Assembly (NCBI GenBank): GCA_021204845.1
Contig: JAJPYT010000023.1
Span: 1-51,804 of the forward strand
Length of the DNA stretch: 51,804 nt
DNA from: Prevotellaceae bacterium
Lineage (GTDB): Bacteria; Bacteroidota; Bacteroidia; Bacteroidales; Bacteroidaceae
Reading direction: 5' to 3'
Shown: in pieces, positions 43,296 through 51,804 of the stretch
How positions within the stretch are numbered: position 1 is the first letter of the stretch
Layout: each line of letters opens with the position of its first letter
Program-made: the position numbers and the translations under genes
The notes under the pieces: generated by a model
What the model was told of the DNA's origin: nothing
Seen by the model: the letters and a program-made list of their open reading frames with translations, nothing else
Database searches by the model: none

Positions 43296-45701
43296 ATGAG
43301 AAAATTTACTTCTGGTTTGAGGCTATTAATAGCCTGTGCATTGTGCCTCACAGGGCGTTACGCCATGGCACAAGACGCGATTACAGTAGACGGGATCAGC
43401 GTGCCCGTGGCTGGAACTGTGGAAACTGACGTTGATGTGGTGGAGCAGACAGCCTACACCGAGGATACTGCAGAGTTCGACCTCGACGCGGTGCTCTCTA
43501 TCCTTGGCATCAGCGACATAACCAATGCTTCGCAGTACATCGTGAACGTGACCACTAATGAGGCTGTTGAAAACACGACCGACAGCTGGCGCGACCCAAA
43601 CGGAGACATGGCAAGTTGGGGAACTACAGGCGGTGTTTGCGTGAAGATTGATGAACCCGATAGCGGCTTAGTAAACTACATCGGCTGCTTCGACGAGAGT
43701 TGGGAAGCTGGCGACACCTACACGGCTCTTTGGGCTTTCGTGGCAAATGGCAAGGCAGCCATCGTAAAGGTAGTTATCACCTTCGTTGAGGACACTTCCG
43801 CACAAGCTCCCGAGGCTGAGCTGGCTTTGGCAAACATACAGATTGTAGGTCAGGCGGAGCTTACCACCGAGCGCTATTCTTACAATGGCTTCGAGACCAC
43901 CGAGTGCGAAGTCTCTGTGAGCGGCATCGCCTCTCTGTTGGGCGTTGACGCGGCGGAGATGGAGGAATGGTTTGAGGACGGAGTTTATGTTGCGTACAAC
44001 AATGACATTGGCGTGAAAGTAGACTCCCTGCAACTTCTTTCTGTTACTGACGGTTGGCTGATGCGCACCTCCGAAGACTGGGGCGAGGAGCTGGGTGCCG
44101 GTGATATGCTGAACGAGTGCTGCGCCAGCACTTACAGTGCCGCTTGCCACTACTTCATCCAATCTCCCTGGTACGATTCAGAGGTTGACTCTGTGGGCTT
44201 CGTTGTAGGCCAGTATCCTGGAAATCTGGAAGTAGGCGACTCTCTTTACACTGACCTTTATATTATGAATGGCACTAAGGCATACGTAATCCGCCATCAT
44301 CTGGTAATTGTAGAGGCTCCGTACACGGGCGGACCTGACGAAATGACGAAAGTTGGCGAGGAAACTATTGAGATAACGCAGTATCCCACAACCGACTATT
44401 CTATCACTTACTTCTATCCCGACCTTACGACTGCCGCAGATTTGCTGGGTTGCAGCGAGTCTAACCTGAGCCTGAACGCTCTTGGCAGCGCCACTACTTT
44501 CGCCAACAGTTCCACAGCCAACAGCGGTGGTTGGTGGTTCGACGAGAATGGATACGTTGCCAGCTGGGGCAGCTCGCCAGTATTTATAGAGCCATACGAA
44601 AGCGGAGACTACTCAATACTTACCATCGGTCAGATGCCGAGCCTTTGCGAGGAAGGCGATGTGTACAACATTCCTCTCTATCTGACTTACGGCGACAGCT
44701 ACTACTTGGTAAATGTGCAACTGACTATCATAGCAGAACCTGAAATCGACTACAGCAGCATTGAGAATGTGGCTACTTACACTCTGACCATCACTCAGGA
44801 ATATGACGAGGAGTATACCTGGTCAACAGCCGCAGGCATTGACTTCGACCTTATCGAGAATGCGATTGGCACTACTGACCCGACTCTGATGGGTGAGCTT
44901 ACTCCTGAAGAAGCTGAGGAAAATGACGGAATACAGTTCACACGCGACTACACTTGCACGCCTTACCCAGGCTTCTGGATGACCACAGACGGCTATGTGA
45001 CTGCATGGGCATCAGACTCTTACTGGGGCGTAAGCACCGCTGTTGAGGCTTCCGAAGACCAGTTGCTCTTCAACTGCTGCCAGTATCCAGGTCTCACTGC
45101 CGATGGCGACACATACAATGGCACATTCTATCTGCTGAACCTCGAGAACTCTAAGATGATAACCGTGAAACTTACCTATATCATTGGTGAGGTTATTGAC
45201 TATGAGGATGTTGGCAGCGGAAGCGTGACGGTTCCAGTAGGTGGAGATGAAATGAGTGTTGAGTTCCCGCTCGATGACATAATCGAGGCTCTTGGCGTCA
45301 CACTCGACGAGCTGAACGATAACTACAGTCTGCGTGCCGCAAACGGCTACACGGCAACTACTCGTCCGGGCGATGGACTTGAGTTCGGTCTCGACGGTGT
45401 ATGTGTAGAGCCTGGCAACGGCGTATTTGGCATCTGGTTCGAGGAAGGTCAGATATATTCATGGAGCAACGAGGACATGGAGGAAGGCTACACAGCCACC
45501 ACTCAGCTCTACTTCCTGATAGGCACAAGCCGCTACACTCTCACCATAACGTTCATGAATGCTGATGATTACACAGGTGTAGCTGGCGTTGCCGCTCCAG
45601 CCGCTGAGTCTTCGGCAATCTACGACCTCTCTGGTCGCCAGGTAAGCAAGGCACAGAAGGGCATCTACATCCAGAACGGCAAGAAGATTCTGGTGAAGTA
45701 A
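43296..45701 (+). CDS. Secreted protein built from five tandem ~115-150-aa modules plus a short T9SS-type C-terminal tag; function unknown
   Basis: The signal peptide is MRKFTSGLRLLIACALCLTGRYAMAQ. Five modules each contain a (D/N)G(Y/W)..W(G/A/S) motif and a (E/A)(G/D)D.Y motif, and each ends in a hydrophobic strand plus E/N. The tail is IYDLSGRQVSKAQKGIYIQNGKKILVK. Confidence 0.65.
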   Translation: MRKFTSGLRLLIACALCLTGRYAMAQDAITVDGISVPVAGTVETDVDVVEQTAYTEDTAEFDLDAVLSILGISDITNASQYIVNVTTNEAVENTTDSWRDPNGDMASWGTTGGVCVKIDEPDSGLVNYIGCFDESWEAGDTYTALWAFVANGKAAIVKVVITFVEDTSAQAPEAELALANIQIVGQAELTTERYSYNGFETTECEVSVSGIASLLGVDAAEMEEWFEDGVYVAYNNDIGVKVDSLQLLSVTDGWLMRTSEDWGEELGAGDMLNECCASTYSAACHYFIQSPWYDSEVDSVGFVVGQYPGNLEVGDSLYTDLYIMNGTKAYVIRHHLVIVEAPYTGGPDEMTKVGEETIEITQYPTTDYSITYFYPDLTTAADLLGCSESNLSLNALGSATTFANSSTANSGGWWFDENGYVASWGSSPVFIEPYESGDYSILTIGQMPSLCEEGDVYNIPLYLTYGDSYYLVNVQLTIIAEPEIDYSSIENVATYTLTITQEYDEEYTWSTAAGIDFDLIENAIGTTDPTLMGELTPEEAEENDGIQFTRDYTCTPYPGFWMTTDGYVTAWASDSYWGVSTAVEASEDQLLFNCCQYPGLTADGDTYNGTFYLLNLENSKMITVKLTYIIGEVIDYEDVGSGSVTVPVGGDEMSVEFPLDDIIEALGVTLDELNDNYSLRAANGYTATTRPGDGLEFGLDGVCVEPGNGVFGIWFEEGQIYSWSNEDMEEGYTATTQLYFLIGTSRYTLTITFMNADDYTGVAGVAAPAAESSAIYDLSGRQVSKAQKGIYIQNGKKILVK

Positions 45702-45724
45702 GCCCCTCTCTATATAATTAAACA

Positions 45725-45768
45725 GATTCCCCATCGCTCCTCTGGCGGTGGGGAATCTTCTTTTTCTT
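45725..45768 (+). terminator. Rho-independent terminator
   Basis: Arm gattccccatcgc (45725-45737) pairs with gcggtggggaatc (45745-45757), giving 13 bp with one mismatch. It is followed by ttctttttctt. Confidence 0.7.
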
Positions 45769-45977
45769 ATGTGCTGATAATTGGGAACCTCGTGCCAACA
45801 GGAAATAGCGCACCTGTGAGGTGGCTCGTTTCTATTTGTCGTTCCGATAACTACTGCACGTCGTTCGGGAAGTGACGCAGTGTCATTCCCCGACTATTTA
45901 TGGGGAAAGAGCGGCACACACTTGTTTAGCAGGGAAAAAATGACTACCTTAGCCCACACAAAAGGGAGAGAATAACC

Positions 45978-47312
45978 ATGAAAGAAATAAAATGCCCGCA
46001 CTGCGGCAAGATATTTACTGTTGACGAGGCAGACTACGCCTCTATTGTGAGTCAAGTGAGAAACGCCGAGTTTGAGGAAGATTTGCAACGCCGCCTTGCC
46101 GAGCTCACACGCACCAAGGAGGCGGAGCGGCAAGCGGCAGTGCTGAAGACGGAAAACGATTTTCAGAGAAAACTGAACGAGAAAGACACGCTGCTCGGGC
46201 GCAAGGACGATGAATTGGCGAGACTGCGCGCTCAGATGAGCCAGACGGCACAGCTAAGCCAAATGGAGATGGCGAAGCAATTGTCGCTGAAGGACCAGGA
46301 GATAACACGCCTGCAATCGACCATTAGGCAGAACGACAAGGACAGGGAACTGGCAGTGATAAAAGAGCAGCAGAGGGCGCTGAGCGTGCTTAACGAGAAA
46401 GAAGTGGCGATAAAGGAACTGCAAGGGGCTGTGGAGAGCGTGAAAGGGCAGGCGGCCATAAGGGAAAACAGCCTGAAGGAGCAGTATGAGACACGCCTGA
46501 AACAGAAGGAAACGGAGGTGGCTTTCTACCGTGACCTGAAGGCGCGACAGTCAACAAAAATGGTGGGTGAGACGCTGGAGCAGCACTGCCAGATAGAGTT
46601 CAACCGCATAAGGATGACGGGCTTCCCTGACGCGTATTTTGAGAAGGACAACGACGCAAGCGGTGGCTCAAAAGGAGACTTCGTGTTCCGCGACTTTGCC
46701 GACGGCATGGAGTATATATCCATAATGTTTGAAATGAAGAACGAGATGGACACCACTGCCACGAAGCACAAGAATCAGGACTTTTTCGCAAAGCTGGACA
46801 AGGACCGCAGGGAGAAGGCTTGCGAATATGCCGTGCTGGTGTCGCTGCTGGAGACCGACAACGACCTTTATAACCAGGGCATTGTGGATGTGTCATACGA
46901 ATTCGAGAAGATGTACGTCATCCGCCCCCAATTCTTCCTGCCGCTGATAAGCCTGCTCACACAGGCTGCCAAAAAGAGCATCGCCTATAAGCGGGAATTA
47001 CAACTGGCAAGGCAGCAGACGGTGGATGTGACCAACTTCGAGAACAGGCTGAACGAGTTTAAGGAGAGGTTTGGCAACAACTACCGTTTAGCCTCGGAAC
47101 GCTTCAAGACAGCCATTGACGAGATAGACAAGACCATCGACCATCTGCAAAAGGTGAAGGACGGGCTCTTGGGCTCGGAACGCAACCTGCGGCTCGCCAA
47201 CGACAAGGCGGAGGCGCTAACGGTGAAGAAGCTCACTCACAACAACCCCACCATGAAAGCAAAGTTTGAGGAAGCGCGGCGCGGAAGCGGTGACAGCGGG
47301 GCGGAAGAGTAG
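45978..47312 (+). CDS. DUF2130-like protein: N-terminal zinc-ribbon-like CxxC, long coiled coil, and a C-terminal PD-(D/E)xK-like region
   Basis: The N-terminus is [20 protein letters not shown]. About 170 aa of heptad-like E/K/Q-rich sequence follow. The C-terminal region contains GDFVFRDF...[10 protein letters not shown] (D...ExK). Confidence 0.6.
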   Translation: MKEIKCPHCGKIFTVDEADYASIVSQVRNAEFEEDLQRRLAELTRTKEAERQAAVLKTENDFQRKLNEKDTLLGRKDDELARLRAQMSQTAQLSQMEMAKQLSLKDQEITRLQSTIRQNDKDRELAVIKEQQRALSVLNEKEVAIKELQGAVESVKGQAAIRENSLKEQYETRLKQKETEVAFYRDLKARQSTKMVGETLEQHCQIEFNRIRMTGFPDAYFEKDNDASGGSKGDFVFRDFADGMEYISIMFEMKNEMDTTATKHKNQDFFAKLDKDRREKACEYAVLVSLLETDNDLYNQGIVDVSYEFEKMYVIRPQFFLPLISLLTQAAKKSIAYKRELQLARQQTVDVTNFENRLNEFKERFGNNYRLASERFKTAIDEIDKTIDHLQKVKDGLLGSERNLRLANDKAEALTVKKLTHNNPTMKAKFEEARRGSGDSGAEE

Positions 47313-47322
47313 GGTAGTGTGC

Positions 47323-48963
47323 CTATGCCTCGTTAGCCTCCTCGCCCGACGGGGCAGAAGGGAACGAATTGCCGTCCCTCAGTATTTGCAGGGCTTTCTG
47401 CACTGTCTGGTCTGTCTTGTTCAAATATTCCAGATAGTCCTCCATCTCACGGATGTTGTAGATGACACCTCCTACCAAGGTGCGCTCGAAGAGTGAATAG
47501 CTGTGCGAGAGCATGATGTTGCGGCGGTGAAGCCCCAAATCCTCGGCAAAGGCGGCGAACTGTTCGGGCAGGTGCTGCGCTTTCAGGTAAGCCGCCAGCT
47601 GCGCGCCAGTCTTGAATGACATGAGTTTTTGGCGGTTGGTGTCGCTGTACTTGAATGTGAACTGGCGCACGTAGCCGTTGAACACAGCCTCCTTATAATA
47701 GGAAGTCACCTTGCTCGTGTCCTCAGGGACAAATATATCGGGAGTGATGCCACCACCGTCATAAACTGTGCGCCCCAAAGTGGTCTTGAAGGCATTGCCG
47801 TCTTGCTTTATGCTGTCAGCCGTGAAATATTCTCCCCTCTCATATCTGGCAATCAGGTCGTTCTCGTAATCCTCGCCGTGCCCCTGCTCGTAAGGCTTCT
47901 GTATGCAGCGACCCGAAGGGCTGTAGTAGCGCGCTATTGTAAGGCGCACCACGCTGCCGTCCTTGAACTCCATAGGTTGCTGCACCAGTCCTTTCCCGAA
48001 CGAGCGGCGCCCCATAATTGTGCCGCGGTCGTTGTCCTGGATAGCTCCCGCGAATATCTCGCTGGCAGAGGCTGAACCCTCGTCCACCAGCACCACCAAC
48101 GGCAGCTGCTGGAACGAGCCGAGACCGTCGCTGCGATACTCCTCACGAGGCGATTTGCGTCCTTGGGTATAGACTATGAGCCGCCCTTTCGAGAGAAACT
48201 CGTTTGCCATCTGTATAGCTATGTGCATATATCCGCCACGGTTACCTCGCAAGTCGACAATCAGGTTTTTCATTCCCTGCACATTCAGTTTTGCAAGGGC
48301 AACCATGAACTCCTCATACGTCTTGTCTCCGAAAGTCTTAACACACACATAGCCCGTCTGGCGGTCAATCATGTATGCCGCATCGAGACTGTTTATAGGC
48401 ACATCGCCACGCACCACAGTAAACTCGAGCAAATCCTTGTGCCCACGGCGTGAGATATCCAGCTTCACCTTTGAGTTCTTCTCTCCCTTCAGGTTCTTTT
48501 TCACGCTGTCGGCATCGAGACCCACAAGGCTCACCCCATTGGCAGAGACTATGCGGTCGCCTGGCAGGATGCCCACTTTTTCCGAGGGACCGCCCTTCAC
48601 GATACTCATGATGGTAGCAGTGTCGTTTTGCATGCTGAAACTAATTCCCACGCCAGAGAAGCTGCCCTTGAGGTCCTCGTTAGCCGCCTCGGCATCCTGC
48701 GCACCTATGTAGCTGGAGTGGGGGTCGAGCTCAGAGAGAATTTGCGGCATGGCCTGCTCCACGAGGTCGTTCATGTCTACCGTGTCAACGTAGTTGTTGT
48801 CAATCATTTGCAGCAGGTAATTTATTTTGTTGTTCCCTGTGCTTATGATGCTAAGCCTGTTGCCGGCGAAGTGGTTGGCGTAGAAAGTGCCTATCAGTAT
48901 TCCGAGTATTACGCTAAGCGCCATAAGGATTGGCGTGAAGCGAGAATTGTTATTGTTTTTCAT
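47323..48963 (-). CDS. S41-family C-terminal processing peptidase with a PDZ domain
   Basis: The PDZ region contains GPSEKVGILPGDRIVSANG. Other diagnostic segments are LIVDLRGNRGGYM and SASASEIFAGAIQD. Confidence 0.85.
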   Translation of the reverse strand: MKNNNNSRFTPILMALSVILGILIGTFYANHFAGNRLSIISTGNNKINYLLQMIDNNYVDTVDMNDLVEQAMPQILSELDPHSSYIGAQDAEAANEDLKGSFSGVGISFSMQNDTATIMSIVKGGPSEKVGILPGDRIVSANGVSLVGLDADSVKKNLKGEKNSKVKLDISRRGHKDLLEFTVVRGDVPINSLDAAYMIDRQTGYVCVKTFGDKTYEEFMVALAKLNVQGMKNLIVDLRGNRGGYMHIAIQMANEFLSKGRLIVYTQGRKSPREEYRSDGLGSFQQLPLVVLVDEGSASASEIFAGAIQDNDRGTIMGRRSFGKGLVQQPMEFKDGSVVRLTIARYYSPSGRCIQKPYEQGHGEDYENDLIARYERGEYFTADSIKQDGNAFKTTLGRTVYDGGGITPDIFVPEDTSKVTSYYKEAVFNGYVRQFTFKYSDTNRQKLMSFKTGAQLAAYLKAQHLPEQFAAFAEDLGLHRRNIMLSHSYSLFERTLVGGVIYNIREMEDYLEYLNKTDQTVQKALQILRDGNSFPSAPSGEEANEA

Positions 48964-48974
48964 TGCTCACAGCT

Positions 48975-49427
48975 TTACTTGTCTTCATTATTAATAAACA
49001 CCACCTCTATGCCAGCTCGCCCCAAGAGTTCCACCCCGTCGGTGAGGCGATACTCTCGGGCATAGACCACTCGCCTTATGCCAGCTTGTATGATTAATTT
49101 GGCGCATTCGGTGCAGGGCGAGTCGGTGACATAGAGCGTGGCCCCCTCGGAGTTGTTGTTGCTGCGCGCAATCTTGGTGATGGCGTTTGCCTCGGCATGC
49201 AGCACATAGGGCTTTGTAACGTTATTCTCGTCCTCACACACGTTCTCGAAGCCAGATGGCGTGCCGTTGTATCCGTCGCTTATTATCATTTTGTCCTTCA
49301 CGATAAGGGCTCCCACCTTGCGCCGCACGCAGTAGCTGTTCTCGCTCCAGATGCTTGCCATGCGCAGGTAGCGGCGGTCTAAGTCTCTTTGTTTGTTGTC
49401 CATTTTTGTGACGAAAGAATCAATCAT
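48975..49427 (-). CDS. Deoxycytidylate (dCMP) deaminase
   Basis: The zinc-binding motifs are HAEANAI and PCTECAKLI. Confidence 0.85.
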   Translation of the reverse strand: MIDSFVTKMDNKQRDLDRRYLRMASIWSENSYCVRRKVGALIVKDKMIISDGYNGTPSGFENVCEDENNVTKPYVLHAEANAITKIARSNNNSEGATLYVTDSPCTECAKLIIQAGIRRVVYAREYRLTDGVELLGRAGIEVVFINNEDK

Positions 49428-51466
49428 TTTATTATACCGTCTCTGCGCAGCAGAGCCTCTATGCCAGGCTCCCCTCCGCGGAAGCGGCGGTACAGCTCCA
49501 TAGGATGCTCTGTGCGTCCTCGGGAGAGTATGTTGTCACGGAAACTCTGGGCGGTGGCTGTGTCGAAAATGCCATTCCGCTTGAATACCGAGAAGGCATC
49601 AGCGTCCAGCACCTCAGCCCATTTGTAGCTGTAGTAACCAGCCGCATAGCCTCCGCACATAATGTGGCTAAACTGCACCGTCATGCAGGTATCAGGCAGC
49701 CAGGGCAGCAACTGGCAGCTGGCCCACGCCCGCTTCTCGAACTCCCGCACGTCTTCCGCGAAGTCATTAGTGAGAGTGTAATAAGCCATATCCAGCAGAC
49801 CTAAGCTAAGCTGGCGCACGCAGGAGTATGCCGCCAGATAGTTCTTGGCGCGGATTATGCGGTCAATCAGCTCCTGCGGCATGGGCTCGCCAGTCTCGTA
49901 GTGGCGGGCGAACGTGTTAAGGAACTCTGGCTCCAAGGTGTAGTTCTCCATAATCTGGCTGGGCAGCTCCACGAAGTCCCAGCTCACGTTGGTGCAGGAG
50001 AGAGCCTCGAAACGCACTTGTGAGAACAAGGCGTGCAGCGAGTGACCGAACTCATGCAGCAGGGTGTTTACCTCGCCAAGCGTGAGCAGGGCTGGCTTGC
50101 TCTCGGTGGGCTTGCTGAAATTCATGGTTATGCTGGCCTGTGGGCGGCTGTTGCCGTCCTCCTCGTCGTTCCACTGCTCTTTGTAGGTGGTCATCCATGC
50201 TCCGCTTTGCTTCGAGGCACGAGGGTGGAAGTCGGTGTAGAGAATGCCGAGATATGAGCCGTCCTTGTCCTTCACTTCCCACACTTCCACCTCAGGGTGG
50301 TACACCTGTATGTCGGCGCGGCGGTGGAAACTTATGCCATAGAGGCGCGAGGCAAGACCGAATACGCCTTTCTTCACCTGCGAGAGCTCGAAGTAGGGGC
50401 GCAACATCTCCTCGTCGAGATTGTAGCGGCGCACCTTCAGTTTGTGGCTGTAGTAGGCGAAATCCCAGGGTTGCAACTCATAGTCAGCTCCCTCGGTCTC
50501 CCGGGCCAGGGCGGCAATCTCTTCCACCTCCCTGCGTGCCGTGGGCAGATACGCTTCCAGCAGGCTGTTAAGCAGTGAGTAGACATGCTGCTGGTCCTCT
50601 GCCATGCGCTTCTCCAGCACGAAGTCGGCAAACGTCTTGTAGCCGAGCAAGCCCGCTATCTGCCGGCGCAGATTCACTATCCGCGGCACGAGCGGCAGGT
50701 TGTTGTTCTCGTTATCGTGGGTGCAAATAGTGTTTCGCATCATGTATATCCGCTTGCGCAGCTCAGCGTTGTCGGCGTAAGTAATGAAGGGCCCGTAGCT
50801 GGGCTGGTGCAGGGTGAAGAGCCATCCCTCCTTGCCAGCCTCCTTTGCGGCAAGCGCGGCGGCTTCCACTCTGCTTTCGGGCAGTCCGCTCAGGTCGGCA
50901 GAGTCGGTGATGTGCAGCTGATAGGCGTTCATCTCTTTCAACTCGTTCTGCTGAAAGTTTAACACTGCCATGCCAAGTTCCTGGCGCAGCTGCCCAAGCT
51001 TCTGCTTGTCCTCAGGCGAGAGCAGCGCGCCTTGCTTTACGAAGCCGTCGTAGAGCTTGTCCAGCAGCGTTTGCTCCTCGCTGTCCAACGTGCGCCCTGG
51101 ATTGTCATGCACCGCCTTTATCCTTAGCCAAAGCGCCTCGTTCATCATTATCTCGTTGCTGTGCTGCGTGAGTATCGGCTGCAGCTTCTGCGCCAGCTGG
51201 TCCATCTGGTCGTTGGTGTTGGCGCTCAGCAGGTTGAAGAACACTGTGGAGGCTCGCTCAAGGGTGTGGTCGCCCTTTGGTATGACGGTATTCTCGAAGG
51301 TTGGCGCTTCGGGGTTGCCCACGAGTTTGTCTATGTCGGCATTGTCGCGTTTTATGCCCTCCATGATGGCTGGCTCGTAGTCTTCGAACAGAATGTCGGC
51401 AAAAGGCGGCGTGTCGAAGGGCGTGCCGTACGTCTTCTCAAGGAAGGGGTTCTTATGTTGTTCCAT
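49424..51466 (-). CDS. M3-family metallopeptidase (peptidyl-dipeptidase Dcp / oligopeptidase A-like)
   Basis: The zinc motif is LLHEFGHSLH, and the 680-aa length is typical. The start is taken at ATG 51466 (MEQHKNPF). The track ORF extension to 51709 overlaps the Crp-family gene. Confidence 0.85.
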   Translation of the reverse strand: MEQHKNPFLEKTYGTPFDTPPFADILFEDYEPAIMEGIKRDNADIDKLVGNPEAPTFENTVIPKGDHTLERASTVFFNLLSANTNDQMDQLAQKLQPILTQHSNEIMMNEALWLRIKAVHDNPGRTLDSEEQTLLDKLYDGFVKQGALLSPEDKQKLGQLRQELGMAVLNFQQNELKEMNAYQLHITDSADLSGLPESRVEAAALAAKEAGKEGWLFTLHQPSYGPFITYADNAELRKRIYMMRNTICTHDNENNNLPLVPRIVNLRRQIAGLLGYKTFADFVLEKRMAEDQQHVYSLLNSLLEAYLPTARREVEEIAALARETEGADYELQPWDFAYYSHKLKVRRYNLDEEMLRPYFELSQVKKGVFGLASRLYGISFHRRADIQVYHPEVEVWEVKDKDGSYLGILYTDFHPRASKQSGAWMTTYKEQWNDEEDGNSRPQASITMNFSKPTESKPALLTLGEVNTLLHEFGHSLHALFSQVRFEALSCTNVSWDFVELPSQIMENYTLEPEFLNTFARHYETGEPMPQELIDRIIRAKNYLAAYSCVRQLSLGLLDMAYYTLTNDFAEDVREFEKRAWASCQLLPWLPDTCMTVQFSHIMCGGYAAGYYSYKWAEVLDADAFSVFKRNGIFDTATAQSFRDNILSRGRTEHPMELYRRFRGGEPGIEALLRRDGIIK

Positions 51467-51477
51467 CGTGTGTGTGT

Positions 51478-51804
51478 CTAATGTAATGTCGCAATGTCTG
51501 GTACGTAAATGCTGCCTCTGTTGCTGCTGAGCACTCCGTCTTTTTCCATGTCGTGCAGCACCATGGAGATGAGCGAGCGTGTGGCGCCAAGGTGACTGCC
51601 GAGGTCTCTCATACGGATTACAAGTTCCAGCGGTCCGCTGGTCTGCGCGGTGCGCTGTTTCACGAACAGCACTATGCGTTCCCTTAATGTAGGAGCTGGG
51701 GGTGTCCACTCTTTCTGCCTTCTCTTCGCGGCAAGGGCGCTTAGGATGTTCAGGAAGTTTAGCCTCACCACCTCGAGCCTGTTTATCAGGCGGTTGATGT
51801 CTTG
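51478..51804 (-). CDS. Crp/Fnr-family transcriptional regulator, C-terminal part (gene continues past the window end)
   Basis: The C-terminal HTH reads MRDLGSHLGATRSLISMVLHDMEKDGVL. The frame is open to the window edge. Confidence 0.6.
   Translation of the reverse strand, partial: QDINRLINRLEVVRLNFLNILSALAAKRRQKEWTPPAPTLRERIVLFVKQRTAQTSGPLELVIRMRDLGSHLGATRSLISMVLHDMEKDGVLSSNRGSIYVPDIATLH

Overview
This 51.8-kb window looks like a Bacteroidales chromosome segment. Upstream of many genes there are TAnnTTTG -7 boxes, most leaders are A-rich and lack a Shine-Dalgarno, several proteins have lipoprotein signal peptides, and three have T9SS-like C-terminal tags. I can support about 40 coding regions, most of them housekeeping: yggS, ygiQ, dnaX, queF, ligA, dapA, kdsA, kdsD, pgk, mfd, dCMP deaminase, and S41 and M3 peptidases. 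I found no rRNA, tRNA, CRISPR array, transposase or integrase. Six things deserve a second look. (1) A McrBC-type restriction pair (216-3292) sits directly behind a housekeeping operon. Its AT-rich, SD-preceded 5' half encodes about 460 aa of uncharacterised N-terminal sensor region, and the GC step falls at the AAA+ domain boundary. (2) A three-gene secreted glycan-degradation cluster (11102-18378) contains tandem DUF4861 paralogs. One paralog is fused into a 1310-aa DUF4861-GH105-discoidin-LamG protein, and the cluster also includes a HEXXH protein. (3) A short YDLSGR...NGKK C-terminal tag is shared by three large exported proteins. (4) An orphan hicB is preceded by a decapitated hicA remnant. 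(5) A family of dispersed promoter-associated repeat modules includes two 54-nt copies that are 50/54 identical. (6) The 680-bp pgk-mfd spacer is packed with perfect GC-rich hairpins and a 64-nt tandem repeat. All family assignments come from motifs I read in the translations. No database search was run.
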